Positions 49,001-58,538 of a stretch of DNA of 64,000 nt are shown in pieces; the stretch's first letter is position 1, and every line of letters begins with the position of its first letter. The stretch is from Dudresnaya verticillata (taxonomy: Eukaryota): assembly GCA_977862235.1 (NCBI GenBank), contig OZ374565.1, positions 1,860,001 through 1,924,000 of the forward strand. The letters run 5' to 3'. A program made the position numbers and the translations under genes. The notes under the pieces were generated by a model that was not told the origin of the DNA, ran no database searches, and worked only from the letters and a program-made list of their open reading frames with translations.

Positions 49001-50328
49001 TATGAATCCCGCACTGTAACAGCGTTAAGGCGTCGATAATCCACGCAAAACCGCATGGAGCCGTCCTTTTTGGGTACAAAGACCACAGGGCTGGCCCACT
49101 CCGATGCGGCGGGTTCGATCACCTTAGCGGATAACATGCGATCGATTTCCGTTTTCTCTATTTCGCGTTGCTTATGACCTGCCCGATACGGTGCTTGATA
49201 AACCGGCTTAGCTCCGGGAGTCAATTCGATACGGTGTTTGGCGGCTGTGATGTTGCCAAGCTCACCGTTCCACATGGTGCTAAACTCCTCAAGGAGTGTT
49301 AAAACCTTTGAACGGAGTGTGTCATCTTCGGCATCGATCTGGACACTGTCTTTCCAGTCGGTGGTTGTTGATTCCGGTACGGTGTTTTCTGGGTTGTCGG
49401 GGCTGGGCTGTGCTGTGCTGCTTCCGTTAGGAGGAGGCGATGTGGTAGAATTATTAATTCCTCCCCCCTCCTTAGATGGAGGCACACCGTCGACGGTAAA
49501 TATGGCAGAGGGAGCAGCAGAAGCCAAGCCCACCACTGTAGACTTAGATAACCGTACCGGCTTATTAGAGAAATTGGACAGCCATGCCTTGAAGGGTTTG
49601 TTAGGGACCACATCCATAATTCCATTTGCCATTAAGGTCAGGTGTTTAAGGATGGGTTTCGGGTGACACTGTAGATAACATAACCCACCGGTTGGAGTAA
49701 CGACTGTCGCAATCGTTTGCGTCATAGGGGGGATGATGAGGGATCGGGCGAGACGAATCTTCTGCGAAACCGTAGCGGTGGAAACCTGAGGACTCTTAAG
49801 AGTTGCTGCTGCAACCGTTTTGGAGCCTGCTTGTCCCAGTAAAGACACAGGAGGGTAGTGGTGAAAGACCACTTTCCGTACCGGTAGGAGGATCGCCTTA
49901 ACATGGCGATCAATAAAACTCGTGCCCAGGATGCATGCGGCTGCCAGATTGGCGACAACCAAAAAGTGGACACGAGCGCGTAATTCTCCGACACGGACGA
50001 AAAGTTGAATCTCACCGAGAGGGCGGATTGACCGAATGGATGCATCCCGTAAAGGTGGACTGGCGACTGGGCGTAACGATGACAGCCATTGGTGCGGAAG
50101 GCGTCGAGCATTAATGAGATTTGGCCCAGCGCCTGAGTCCAAAACGGTGGTGAGAGGCAACATGAGGTCATTACTCCGTCCGACGGTAATCTGAATCTTA
50201 TAATTTTGCCGCTGTAATACGCAGATAGAATCACCGGGTGGAGGTAACTCAAGGGGGATTTCCGGAACTAATTCAAGGGGGGATTCCGTAACGGTGGCGG
50301 ATTGGGAGGCGGAACGATCAACGGGCAT
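46069..50328 (-). CDS. pol of element C (PR, RT, RNase H, IN, chromodomain), uninterrupted
   Basis: 1419 aa; LDSGA, YLDD, DTDAC, HHCC, TDNGRQF, NGQAERFN, TGPY and chromodomain EYVVEKIVGH...YKVRWYGY...TYEP. Confidence 0.97.
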   Translation of the reverse strand: MPVDRSASQSATVTESPLELVPEIPLELPPPGDSICVLQRQNYKIQITVGRSNDLMLPLTTVLDSGAGPNLINARRLPHQWLSSLRPVASPPLRDASIRSIRPLGEIQLFVRVGELRARVHFLVVANLAAACILGTSFIDRHVKAILLPVRKVVFHHYPPVSLLGQAGSKTVAAATLKSPQVSTATVSQKIRLARSLIIPPMTQTIATVVTPTGGLCYLQCHPKPILKHLTLMANGIMDVVPNKPFKAWLSNFSNKPVRLSKSTVVGLASAAPSAIFTVDGVPPSKEGGGINNSTTSPPPNGSSTAQPSPDNPENTVPESTTTDWKDSVQIDAEDDTLRSKVLTLLEEFSTMWNGELGNITAAKHRIELTPGAKPVYQAPYRAGHKQREIEKTEIDRMLSAKVIEPAASEWASPVVFVPKKDGSMRFCVDYRRLNAVTVRDSYPLPRMDECIDSLGEATVFTTLDCNSGYWQVEIPEEERDKTTFTSHYGLFRFRRMPFGLKNAPATFQRAVDIILSTVKWQFALVYLDDVIIYSKSVTEHFHHLKEVLTLLQAAGVTLKLSKCAFFDTSVQYLGHIIRPGQLEVHNKNIQAVKEAKPPTNQTELRSFLGMCNVYRRFVPNFARISAPLNKKTGKGQTFEFETLTDAEFNAFEELKRHLISPPILALPRHGFRYTLDTDACDYQVGCVLLQEQPNGDHLPVGYWSRSLTDAEKNYTTTEKECLAVVWSMLTLRPYLYGELFTLRTDHDALSWILNLADASGRLARWRLRLSEFEVQYRPGVKHQLADGMSRLRTDGADENDLDEEVPCFVVESTPEGMIEHGMCLADWEWILESDEDELSVLGIETEDTETDGTQTNTDDSTPLRETVIRLEDMQNETITLEEFIAAQAEDKFCQLKADTVGSPGSQFEYDHHGFLVRKSTLDGALQKVVPQRLRGRVLYLAHYTLVSGHPGGIKMYYTLRREYYWPHMANDVFETVRSCRSCVKPKGTRFRHQKFMKLFPASGPLEFIAIDILGPLPKTKRGYVFVLVITDRFSKLTRCIPLRTITAVVVANAFLDNWVYAYGAPKFVLTDNGRQFTAKFFDAVCALLGVRHLLTAAYHPQTNGQAERFNRTIAQRLRHYVEDHHTDWDLYLQPLTYAYNTQVHRMTDTTPFDLVLTRHPSDIIVRGTPVELEETLTEGRVTPVIQKRGTMRRLRYALQKAQTKQTAAQLKAKELFDRRVRFRPEIHSGDQVYVDRPPRNLRPTERRERDRLGQGPDLAGDFAEQMKKLLPHSTGPYEVATATETVVTIKKDGVLIPISIDRITKVPIGVAVQPAAVAPPPVTATPAGEPTAPTDRDGGAPDSTEPVDTDTEYVVEKIVGHREEPTGMTYKVRWYGYPPDQDTYEPAEELPQNFILRYWNRKRAAATVPRRSRRPTRT

Positions 50329-50378
50329 GGCCCGTGTTGGGGGGCGTTGAACGCCGTGAGTCGGAGACGGCGGCGCCC

Positions 50379-52988
50379 TTACGTGTCTCCGTGGGCGTTT
50401 TCCGACTCGGTTTGCTCCCGCGACGGTTCCACGAACTCCTCCATGGGCTGACCGTCTTCTGCGACATCCTCCACCATCATAACCCGAAACGGACGTTGCT
50501 GTGGCCCCCCACGGGGTCGGGCTCCCGGTACGGACTGTCCGGCTGCTTGACGCCGTTGAAGGAGAGCCTGATAATTGCGCTCGCGCTCTTCCATCAGGCG
50601 GCTCCTTTCGGTGTCACCCAAGTAGGGACAGATCACGTGGTCGGGTGATAAGCAGAGACGACAGTATCCGCTACCGTAAAGGCGTCGAGTATCCGAAACG
50701 GGGTTGGCAGCAGTGCCATCAGCAGGGGCTTGCTGTACGTTACGGAAGTCGGCCTTAACAGGGTTAACGCCCCCGTTGCCGTTATGGAGTGCGGCTTGCC
50801 CGGGCTGCTGCTCGGCTTGTCCGTAACGGAGTTGACGAGGCGGCGGCATGCGGGGTGCCGGCGGCCTATGAATTGGTGTCCGAGGCGGAGTAGGGTAGAT
50901 GCTCGAGGGAGGGGACGAGTAGGCGGTTGTGAAGGTCACGCCCGATGAGGTGCCCGTCCCTCGGGCTGAACCTGCTTCCATGGCGAAGACATGTTCGTCC
51001 GATTCCCCAGGGATCTCCGAATAGGTGTAGTCCGATGCGGAGTCGACGGCCAAGACACCGGCACGACGCGTTGTCTTCGGTTTGCCATCGAAGACATGCA
51101 CCGGTGAGGTTTGGCGTCGCCCAGCCCTGTGGGATTCTCCAAGCCCCTTTGCGTAGCGCGTGATGGCCTGGTAATCCAATACGGGGTGAGTAGCTAAGTA
51201 GTTCCGCATCTGCTGACATGTACCCGGTAGGAGTCCCTCCACGAACAGCGACTTGAGCGTCCTGTCCGAAAACACAGTACCGCAACGGAGAGCTTTTGAC
51301 CAGAGCTGGTTAGAGAACTGCTCCTCCGTCATGGCCGATGTTTGACGGAAAGAGATCACGTCCGAGTGAGCCTCGGCGATCACCTCATCGGTTGCATAGG
51401 TCCGTAAAAGGAAATTCACCACTTCGGAGTAGGTGCGTATCATTTCTGCTTGCTCCTCGTCGACCGCCATGGTGCCCCCGGCGAGACGGGCTTGAAGCAG
51501 AGCTTCTGTCTGTCCGCTGAGGAAGAATTGGAAACACCATACGGCTGTTCCCTCCGAAACGGCGTTGATATTACACGAGTCCTTGAACTTCGCCAGGAAG
51601 CCAAGCACCGTGATGGGGTCTGTACCGTTAAAGGAGTGGGACTTCATCTGCACTTCCAGCTTCTTCCTTATACGGTTCATGTTCTGGGAGAGGAGGGAGC
51701 TGTAAGATGAACTCCTTTTATCCAAACGGTAGGTACGGTAATCCAGCGCCTTTACGAACTTATCGTTCAGGGGCCGGATTACCTTCGGTCGCGACTGGTC
51801 TCGGTCCTTAGGTTTGGCGTCGCGTTTGCTGGCCCGACGCCGCTCGTCCCTATCCGTATCGGAGGAGCTCGAATCCGAGCTCGATGACGAAGATGGGGAG
51901 GAGTCATGCCCGTTTTCGCGTTTGCGCCGCGATTTGCGCTTATTCTTCTTCTTCCGTGATCGGTGTTGGCTATCATCTGACGATTCCGTACCGGAGTATT
52001 CTTCGTGTCGTCGCGAAGCGCGCTTGCTTCTGTGCGATCCTTCACGGTTTTTATCGGTGCGGGAGCCCCGGGCTTTTCTGTCACCACGGTCTCGACCGCT
52101 CCGAACGGGGGGTTTCTCGGAGTCACCGCTTGAGTGCTCGCTGCCTCCACGGGATGCCACCGGCAGGGTTATACGCTCCTTCGTGGGCATGTCCACGAGT
52201 CCAGGGGCGCTATTCCGTGTCGGTTTGAGTTTTACCTGATCCGTAGCGGGGTATTGACTTTGAATTGGGTCAGGAGCCATGACCGCCCGCCTCGGGTCGG
52301 CTTGATACTCCTGAGAGGTAACTTCTGGCGTAAACTTCGTTTCTCCCTTGACCGGGAAGTCACTCCTTAATGGTGTCGGTACAGTAAAAGGCTGCTCAGT
52401 GGGGCGGATTAACTCCAGCTCCATAGCCTGACGCTCCTGACGGATGAGCGCCTGTACTAACTCCGGAAGGTGTCGCTCCAGGTAGGTGTTAACCATAACC
52501 GGAACGGTGTCGGCAAGAGCCGCTTCCACCTCCTTGACCATACCGGGTTGCACCACCGTACGGAGATGCTCCAGGACTCTGGGTATGACCTCGGCGAGTA
52601 TCCAGTGTGTCCGGTGGGAGTCACCTGGCTTGGGTACACCTTTGCGGGAAGTATCCGAGCCGGGGCGAGACCTAGAGGGCCTACTGGCTGCACCTTTAAG
52701 GAGTTCTTCGGGGTTCTCCATACCGGGTTGCAGGTCGGCGTCGTCGCCACGGCGTGTTCTCGTGGCGGCGGCTGCCTCCGAAACGGTGGGTTCACTGCGG
52801 CGTGTTCTCGCAGTGTCAGCCACCTCCGGGACGGTGTTATCGTCGCTGCGGCGTGATCTCGCAGACGACGGCACGTCACCTGGTTCCGAAACGGAAGGGT
52901 CCATGTTTTCTTCTGTGTGTAGGATTCCAAAACGGTTCAGACGGGTGTTTGACCTTGTCTTTCCAGAATTCCTAAACGGTGTTGTCAC
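50379..52988 (-). CDS. gag of element C
   Basis: 869-aa ORF after the PBS; YRTYRL and FNGTDP core; CRLCLSPDHVIC knuckle-like motif. Confidence 0.92.
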   Translation of the reverse strand: MTTPFRNSGKTRSNTRLNRFGILHTEENMDPSVSEPGDVPSSARSRRSDDNTVPEVADTARTRRSEPTVSEAAAATRTRRGDDADLQPGMENPEELLKGAASRPSRSRPGSDTSRKGVPKPGDSHRTHWILAEVIPRVLEHLRTVVQPGMVKEVEAALADTVPVMVNTYLERHLPELVQALIRQERQAMELELIRPTEQPFTVPTPLRSDFPVKGETKFTPEVTSQEYQADPRRAVMAPDPIQSQYPATDQVKLKPTRNSAPGLVDMPTKERITLPVASRGGSEHSSGDSEKPPVRSGRDRGDRKARGSRTDKNREGSHRSKRASRRHEEYSGTESSDDSQHRSRKKKNKRKSRRKRENGHDSSPSSSSSSDSSSSDTDRDERRRASKRDAKPKDRDQSRPKVIRPLNDKFVKALDYRTYRLDKRSSSYSSLLSQNMNRIRKKLEVQMKSHSFNGTDPITVLGFLAKFKDSCNINAVSEGTAVWCFQFFLSGQTEALLQARLAGGTMAVDEEQAEMIRTYSEVVNFLLRTYATDEVIAEAHSDVISFRQTSAMTEEQFSNQLWSKALRCGTVFSDRTLKSLFVEGLLPGTCQQMRNYLATHPVLDYQAITRYAKGLGESHRAGRRQTSPVHVFDGKPKTTRRAGVLAVDSASDYTYSEIPGESDEHVFAMEAGSARGTGTSSGVTFTTAYSSPPSSIYPTPPRTPIHRPPAPRMPPPRQLRYGQAEQQPGQAALHNGNGGVNPVKADFRNVQQAPADGTAANPVSDTRRLYGSGYCRLCLSPDHVICPYLGDTERSRLMEERERNYQALLQRRQAAGQSVPGARPRGGPQQRPFRVMMVEDVAEDGQPMEEFVEPSREQTESENAHGDT

Positions 52989-53042
52989 AAGTTAAGCTCC
53001 TACCGAGGCGGAGTTTAACGGCTGTTCTGCTACCTTCACGGT

Positions 53043-53061
53043 CTTCTAGGTCGGGAGACCA
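53043..53061 (-). promoter_or_regulatory. Primer binding site of C
   Basis: TGGTCTCCCGACCTAGAAG, 5 nt from the 5' LTR; identical to the B PBS. Confidence 0.85.
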
Positions 53062-53066
53062 AAAGA

Positions 53067-53757
53067 TGTGGTGTAGTACGTGGACCCACGGTAAAGGAAA
53101 GCTGGCCAAGCTATTCCAAAACGGAGTACCAAATACCGAACCGGGATGGTAGAGCTTAGTTCGTAGACCGCGGGGAGTACAGCGCGCGGCAACACCAAAA
53201 AGGAATAAAGGGAAGCAACAAGAAAAGGTGCGGTACAGTGCCGGGGCAGCTTCACCGAGACGGATATGGAGGTTAACCGTGTACGGGGCTGGCGCGGGGA
53301 AACCGAAAAGGTAAACTAGGGTAACAGCTAGGGTAAAGCAGTTGTCCCAGGGTTGCTTTCCCTTTAATTCAGGAGCTACTGCGAGTCGCACTGATATAGA
53401 GTCAGGCGACCCTCAGCGGTCCGGTCCGAGTGGTCCAGCCCGGAGAGGGGCAGGTCCACCAGGTGGGTCCGGCCCTACTGGTCCCGGTCACCGTGCCGGA
53501 CATGCGCGGCATTCTCATTGGCCGGCGCCATACTACGTACTGTACAGCATCACTACATCTACTAAATTAAAATTAAAACAATTACTTGGCTCCGATTGGT
53601 GGTTTCCATAGACTCCAGCAAGGTCTACAGTGCGGGCGTACAGGCGGAACGGCGCGGCGTGTTTTGGCGCGCAGCTGCGCTCACACGCGCCACCTTTGCG
53701 GATTGTCCGTTTCGGTTTTGACCGACGTCGGCTTGCCGCCTTGTCCACTTCACCACA
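53067..53757 (-). repeat. 5' LTR of element C
   Basis: Direct repeat of 42464-43154. Confidence 0.97.
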
Positions 53758-53762
53758 CCTAT

Positions 53763-55246
53763 TATGGATCGCGGGCGAAGTTCGAGACCGAAGCTTGGTT
53801 TGCGGTTGTCTGGTCGATGGCGAAGACCGAGCAGGCACTCAATGTAGCTGTGGCCTTCCTCCAGGCGGCCTACAACGGGATGTGGAACACCACCGTGACT
53901 CCTTCGGGTGAGTCGAACTTCCTCTACCGAGATACCCTTCCAGTTGGTCGACTTTTTCGGCTTTCAGCTTCCCTCATTGAGCAGATCCGCCACCTTGGGG
54001 TCGACCTCATCTGCGAGGGCAGCACCTATGCGGGCCACGACCTCGAGGGTTTGCTGAAGTATGTGGAGCTCCACCACTGGGCACCGACCGTGGAGTGGGA
54101 GGTTTTCGATCCCTCACGCCAAGAAATTGTCGACCGAGAAGGGCGCCTGCAAGTCATTTGCATTCCACAGGGGGTCACGCTCAATCGTTCCCGCAGTCAG
54201 GTGTTTGCTCCGGCTAACGAAGCCGACCTATATCAGCCGCTCCCTCATCCGCCATCTACCTCTTTGGATACGCGACCAGCGGTAACTCCCTTCACCTCTT
54301 CAGCGCCAACGACTGCTAACCCCATGGTAACTATCCCTGCGCCGCCAGCAACTAACCCCAGCGACTTATGGTCCTCCTCGATGGGTCTGACTTCTCCTCC
54401 CGTGTCTGCTGCGTTCCCGTCAAACCAGGTTGGGGCTCCAGTAGGTAATGACTCCGCAGTTGCTACGGCCCTGGCTCGGTTACAGTTAGCCTGCCGAGTG
54501 GCTAAGGTGACGGAGCCGAAGACCTTGGTGGAAGCACTGGAGCAGGCTCGGTTGTGGATAACTTACGAGTCGACTCGGGGTTGGTTCAGGAAGGAGATCA
54601 CCAACATGGCTTCCCATCAGGTCCGTTCACTTCAAGGAGTCACCACAGCGGTTCAGCAGGCTGCCAACGCTAAGTTCGCCTGCAGACGCAGGCAAACTTA
54701 GCGTTGGCAGCCCTTAAGCAAGTAGTGGTGGACTTGACGAGAAGCATTGGGGCCATTGGAGACTCCGAGATGAAACACATTCGGGGCTTGTTAATCCAGA
54801 GTGAGAAGCTACCGACTCCGGAGATACCACCAACGGTTGTGACCTCCTTGGGTGTTCCGGCCGACTACATCCCATCGGGGTATCAACCTTCGGGTCTCAC
54901 CACTGGATGGAGCTCCGTTGTCGGTTCCGCTAACCGCGAGGCTCCCACTGGTGGACCCAGTCCGGTTACGCCTTGTCTGGCGCCGGCTTCTCCCCGTGCC
55001 GCGGTTTCCATGATTGGAGGTGCTAGTCGAGCAATGGAAACTATTACCCCTGGGTTACCACCTTCTTCTTCTGCGTAAGATTCTGGAAGACAAGTCGTTG
55101 CTCCAGGAGTAACTCCATCGAGTCCGAGGCGTGCGTCTACTCCAGCGGCGCAAACGCCCTCACCTTTTCAGCCAACCGGTAGGGTTCCTCGTCGGCGCAG
55201 TCAGCCTGCGGATGACCCGAGTGGCAAACGCGCCCGTTACCAGTAG
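53763..55246 (+). pseudogene. aORF of element D, 3' part
   Basis: KTEQALNVAVAF...GRLFRLSASLIEQIRHLGV core, Pro/Ser/Thr tail, ends GKRARYQ*; internal stops at 54701 and 55078. Confidence 0.8.
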
Positions 55247-55590
55247 GCTAGCTTTTCGATAGTTGGTTTACGAGTCCGCCTAACTACCCTTCGAGTAGTC
55301 GTCCTGGCGGTGGTCTTTTAACCTTGTGGTAAACTGTATCTTCTGTGTTGAGTTCTTCGTCATCTTCTACCATCTATCCAGGTTTTCTTCTCAGCTATCC
55401 ACTGCGGTTCCTTGTCGTCTTCTTCCATCTATCCACTTCAGGTCGTGCCTTCTGGTTTTAGTTACTGTACAGCATAGCTTGATAGAAACTCTCTTTGTCT
55501 TGAATAAATATTAACCCTCATTCTTATGTTCACTAGTAGTAGTCATCCCAAACGGTGTCAGCTATCCCCAGCGGTTTCGAACAACGAAGT

Positions 55591-58233
55591 TTATACCCCT
55601 GCTCCTGGCGGTGGCGATTGACCTAGCCGACGCCAGTAGCGTAACACGAAATTGTTGGGGATTTGCCCAGGCGGTTCCCATGTGTCGTCCTCTGCAGAGT
55701 AGCCAAACCAGCGAACCTTATACTGGAAACCAGTATCGATAAGGCGATGCGTAATGAGGCGGTCAACTGGGAAGTAATCCGACGCGGGTAGTTCGTGAGC
55801 CGACGGAGGAGGCGGTTCAACCGGTGCTGGTGGAGGTGGCGAAATCTCTGGGTCCTCGAGGTGACCTGTCGGATGCCGATGAGGGTCGATAGAGATACGG
55901 TCCTTGCTGACCACGTTGAGTAAACCATATTGCTTAATGGTCACCGTATGGTTAGCGTGGACCGAAGTAACCAAAAATGGACCTGTAGCCTTTGGCAGCA
56001 CTTTCCGTGACAGGTTATCTTCCTCTTCGGGGTCCACCGGGTTGTCTTCGCGTTCGCCGACTTGCCGTTTGGTAAACTGGGGCCGATCGAGATAAACCCA
56101 ATCGTCTACAGTAACCATTATGGGACGTTTGACTTCATCATCAAAGGATGTCTTGTGCCTATTTTGGGCTGCTGTGAGAGTCGCCTTAGCGGTTTTAATC
56201 GCTGCGGTTAACCGATTGAGGGTAGCTCTCTTAACAGCGGCTGGTGTCAGTTGAGAATCCAAAGCACGAGGTAAAGCCCTTGCTGGTAAAGCCTGAGTTG
56301 GTATTCCGGGTGGTGGTCTAGACAGTACCAAATCAAACGGGGTTGTGCCGGTTGAGCGGTGAACTTGTAAGTTGTACGCATACGTAACCGGCTGGACGAA
56401 GTAATCCCAACCCCGTTGATGGTCTGCTACATAGTGACGTAATCGTTGAACCATGGTCTTATTAAAGAGTTCGACCTGATCATTGGTTTGCGGATGATTC
56501 GCCGTGGTAAACAGTTGTCGCAGACCCAAGAGTTGGCAGATGGTAGCGAAGAACTTCGACACAAATTGTGAACCATTATCGGACAGTAGATAGAGAGGAA
56601 TACCATACGGATACATCCAGTGTTCCAGAAACGCGGAGGCTACAGTAGGAGCATTCGTGTTCTTCAAAGGTATCGCTCTCGTCAACTTAGTGAACCGATC
56701 GGTTATCACCACAACAAATCGATTACCATGATCGGTCTTCGGAAACGGTCCAGCATTGTCAATTGCCACAAACTCGAGAGGACCCGCCGCGGGAAACAAC
56801 CTAAGGAAGTTTTGATGCTTCCTGAGGGTGCCACGATTCTTGACGCAGCTTGTACAGTCACCCACAACGGTATAAATGTCGTTCGCCATATAGGGCCAGT
56901 AGAACTGTCGGCGCATCGTGTAGTACATGCGAGAGCCTCCAAGGTGACCAGTCAAAAATGGGTAATGAGCTAAGTAAAGAATCCGAGGGCGCAGAGACTT
57001 GGGCACAACTATCTGTAGTGTGCCATCCAGGGTGGCCCGTCGGACCAAAAAGCGATTATGGTCCCAATAAAAATGTGACCCGGGGGTCCCAACATGTTTT
57101 GCCATCTCTTGACAGTACCAATCGTTCGCTTGCTCGCGTAGTAACTCTTCAGAAGGGATGGGGTCGGGCGTTTCCTCCTGGTTCACCAAATCTCGGACAG
57201 CCTTCATACCCACCAGGGTTGGTGTCGTTTCATCGATGGCGAGTACGAAGCATGGGATTTCATCATCCAACGGCGTATTGTCGACTCCTGAAGTTGAGAG
57301 CCGTGACATGGTATCCGCCGGATGGTGTTCCCTTCCCGGATTGTAGGTGACTAGAAAGTCAAACTCAAAGAGTCTTAACCTCCAACGGGCAAGGCGGCCG
57401 GATGCATCTGATAAGTTCAGAAACCACTGTAGGGGCTCGTGGTTGGTTCGAACGACAAAGCGGTCACTTTACAGGTATGGGCGCAGCGTGAGAAGGCTCC
57501 ACACTACCGCAAGGCACTCCCTTTCGGTTGCTGAATAGTTTCGCTCAGCAGAGTTGAGGGTGCGGCTCCAATACCCGATTGGTAACTTATCCCCTTGGTC
57601 ATTCTCCTGAAGTAAGCAACAACCAGCTTGGACACCACACGCATCAGTATCGACGTAGAAACGACGACCCGTACGCGGTAAAGCCAGAATGGGTGGGGCG
57701 AGGAGCCGGTGACGCAATTCGTCAAAGGCGCCATATTCCTTGTGCCACATTCCTCCTCATTCATGGTTTCGAATACCACTGGTTGGTCCTTGCGAAGTTT
57801 CCGTGACAAAGGTGATGCGATCCTAGCGTAGTTAGGCACAAAGCGACGTTAAACGTTACAAACCCCAGGGAAAGACCTTAATTCGGTTTGATCGGTCGGC
57901 GCTTTGGCTTGACGCAGTGCGATCACATTCTTCATAGCTACTTCGAGTTTTCCAGGACGGACAACATGACCCAAGTAGTCAACGGACGACTCGAAGAACT
58001 TGCACTTAGACAACTTCAGAGAGATCCCAGCTGCATTGAGCAACGCTAAGACGATACCTAAATGTGAAGTGGTCTTCGATACTCTTAGAGTAAACGATAA
58101 CGTCATCCAAGTAGACCAATGCGTATTGCCATTTGCAGCGTGACAGAATAATGTCGACCGCTCTTTGGAAAGTAGCTGGGGCATTCTTGAGACCAAATGG
58201 CATCCTGATGAAGCGGTAGAGACCTTCGTGGCA
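55591..58233 (-). pseudogene. pol of element D (RT C-terminal part, RNase H, IN, chromodomain)
   Basis: RMPFGLKNAPATFQR, YLDD, DTDAC, SDNGSQF, TGPF, YKVRWFGY...TWEP; several frameshifts; truncated within RT at about 58233. Confidence 0.94.
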
Positions 58234-58235
58234 GG

Positions 58236-58538
58236 TGTGCGAGCGCGCGCCCAAACACGTGTCGACACGTCCGGGTAACGGTTACCCTTGGGCGCGCGCG
58301 GGGCGTAACGGGCAGCGGCCATCTCAACGGCTCGATGCCGGAGAGCGTCACAGGGGCGCGCCGTGTGCGGCACGGCGCGCGGCCGCTGCTGGCAGCAATG
58401 CGGTCGACTGCTACTATTTCAAAGAAAAACTAAGGGCACGCTGCCCAACTACGACTCGCCAGAGGGTGTCATCGTGTGCACCATTACAGTGCAGGGCTGC
58501 CAGTATACCTTACAGCCGCTACTGGTAGGGTGCTGACA
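58236..58538. repeat. LTR-end fragment related to family E
   Basis: Collinear similarity to 23434-23736 (ggctcgatgcc.gagagc, tgtgcggcac.gcgcgcggccgctgc, gcaccattaca); ends tgctgaca. Confidence 0.7.

Larger units (their letters stand above)
42464..53757 (-). mobile_element. Full-length Ty3/gypsy chromodomain LTR retrotransposon C with antisense ORF
   Basis: 691-bp LTRs with about 7 mismatches; TSD CCTAT (42459-42463, 53758-53762); PBS; PPT aagaaggggg; open gag and pol. Confidence 0.97.
40433..58233 (-). mobile_element. 5'-truncated Ty3/gypsy element D with antisense ORF (hosts element C)
   Basis: pol remnant 55591-58233; aORF split by C; probable 3' LTR ends ...tataca at 41355 next to a PPT-like C run, as in A, B and C. 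The left boundary is only approximate. Confidence 0.7.
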
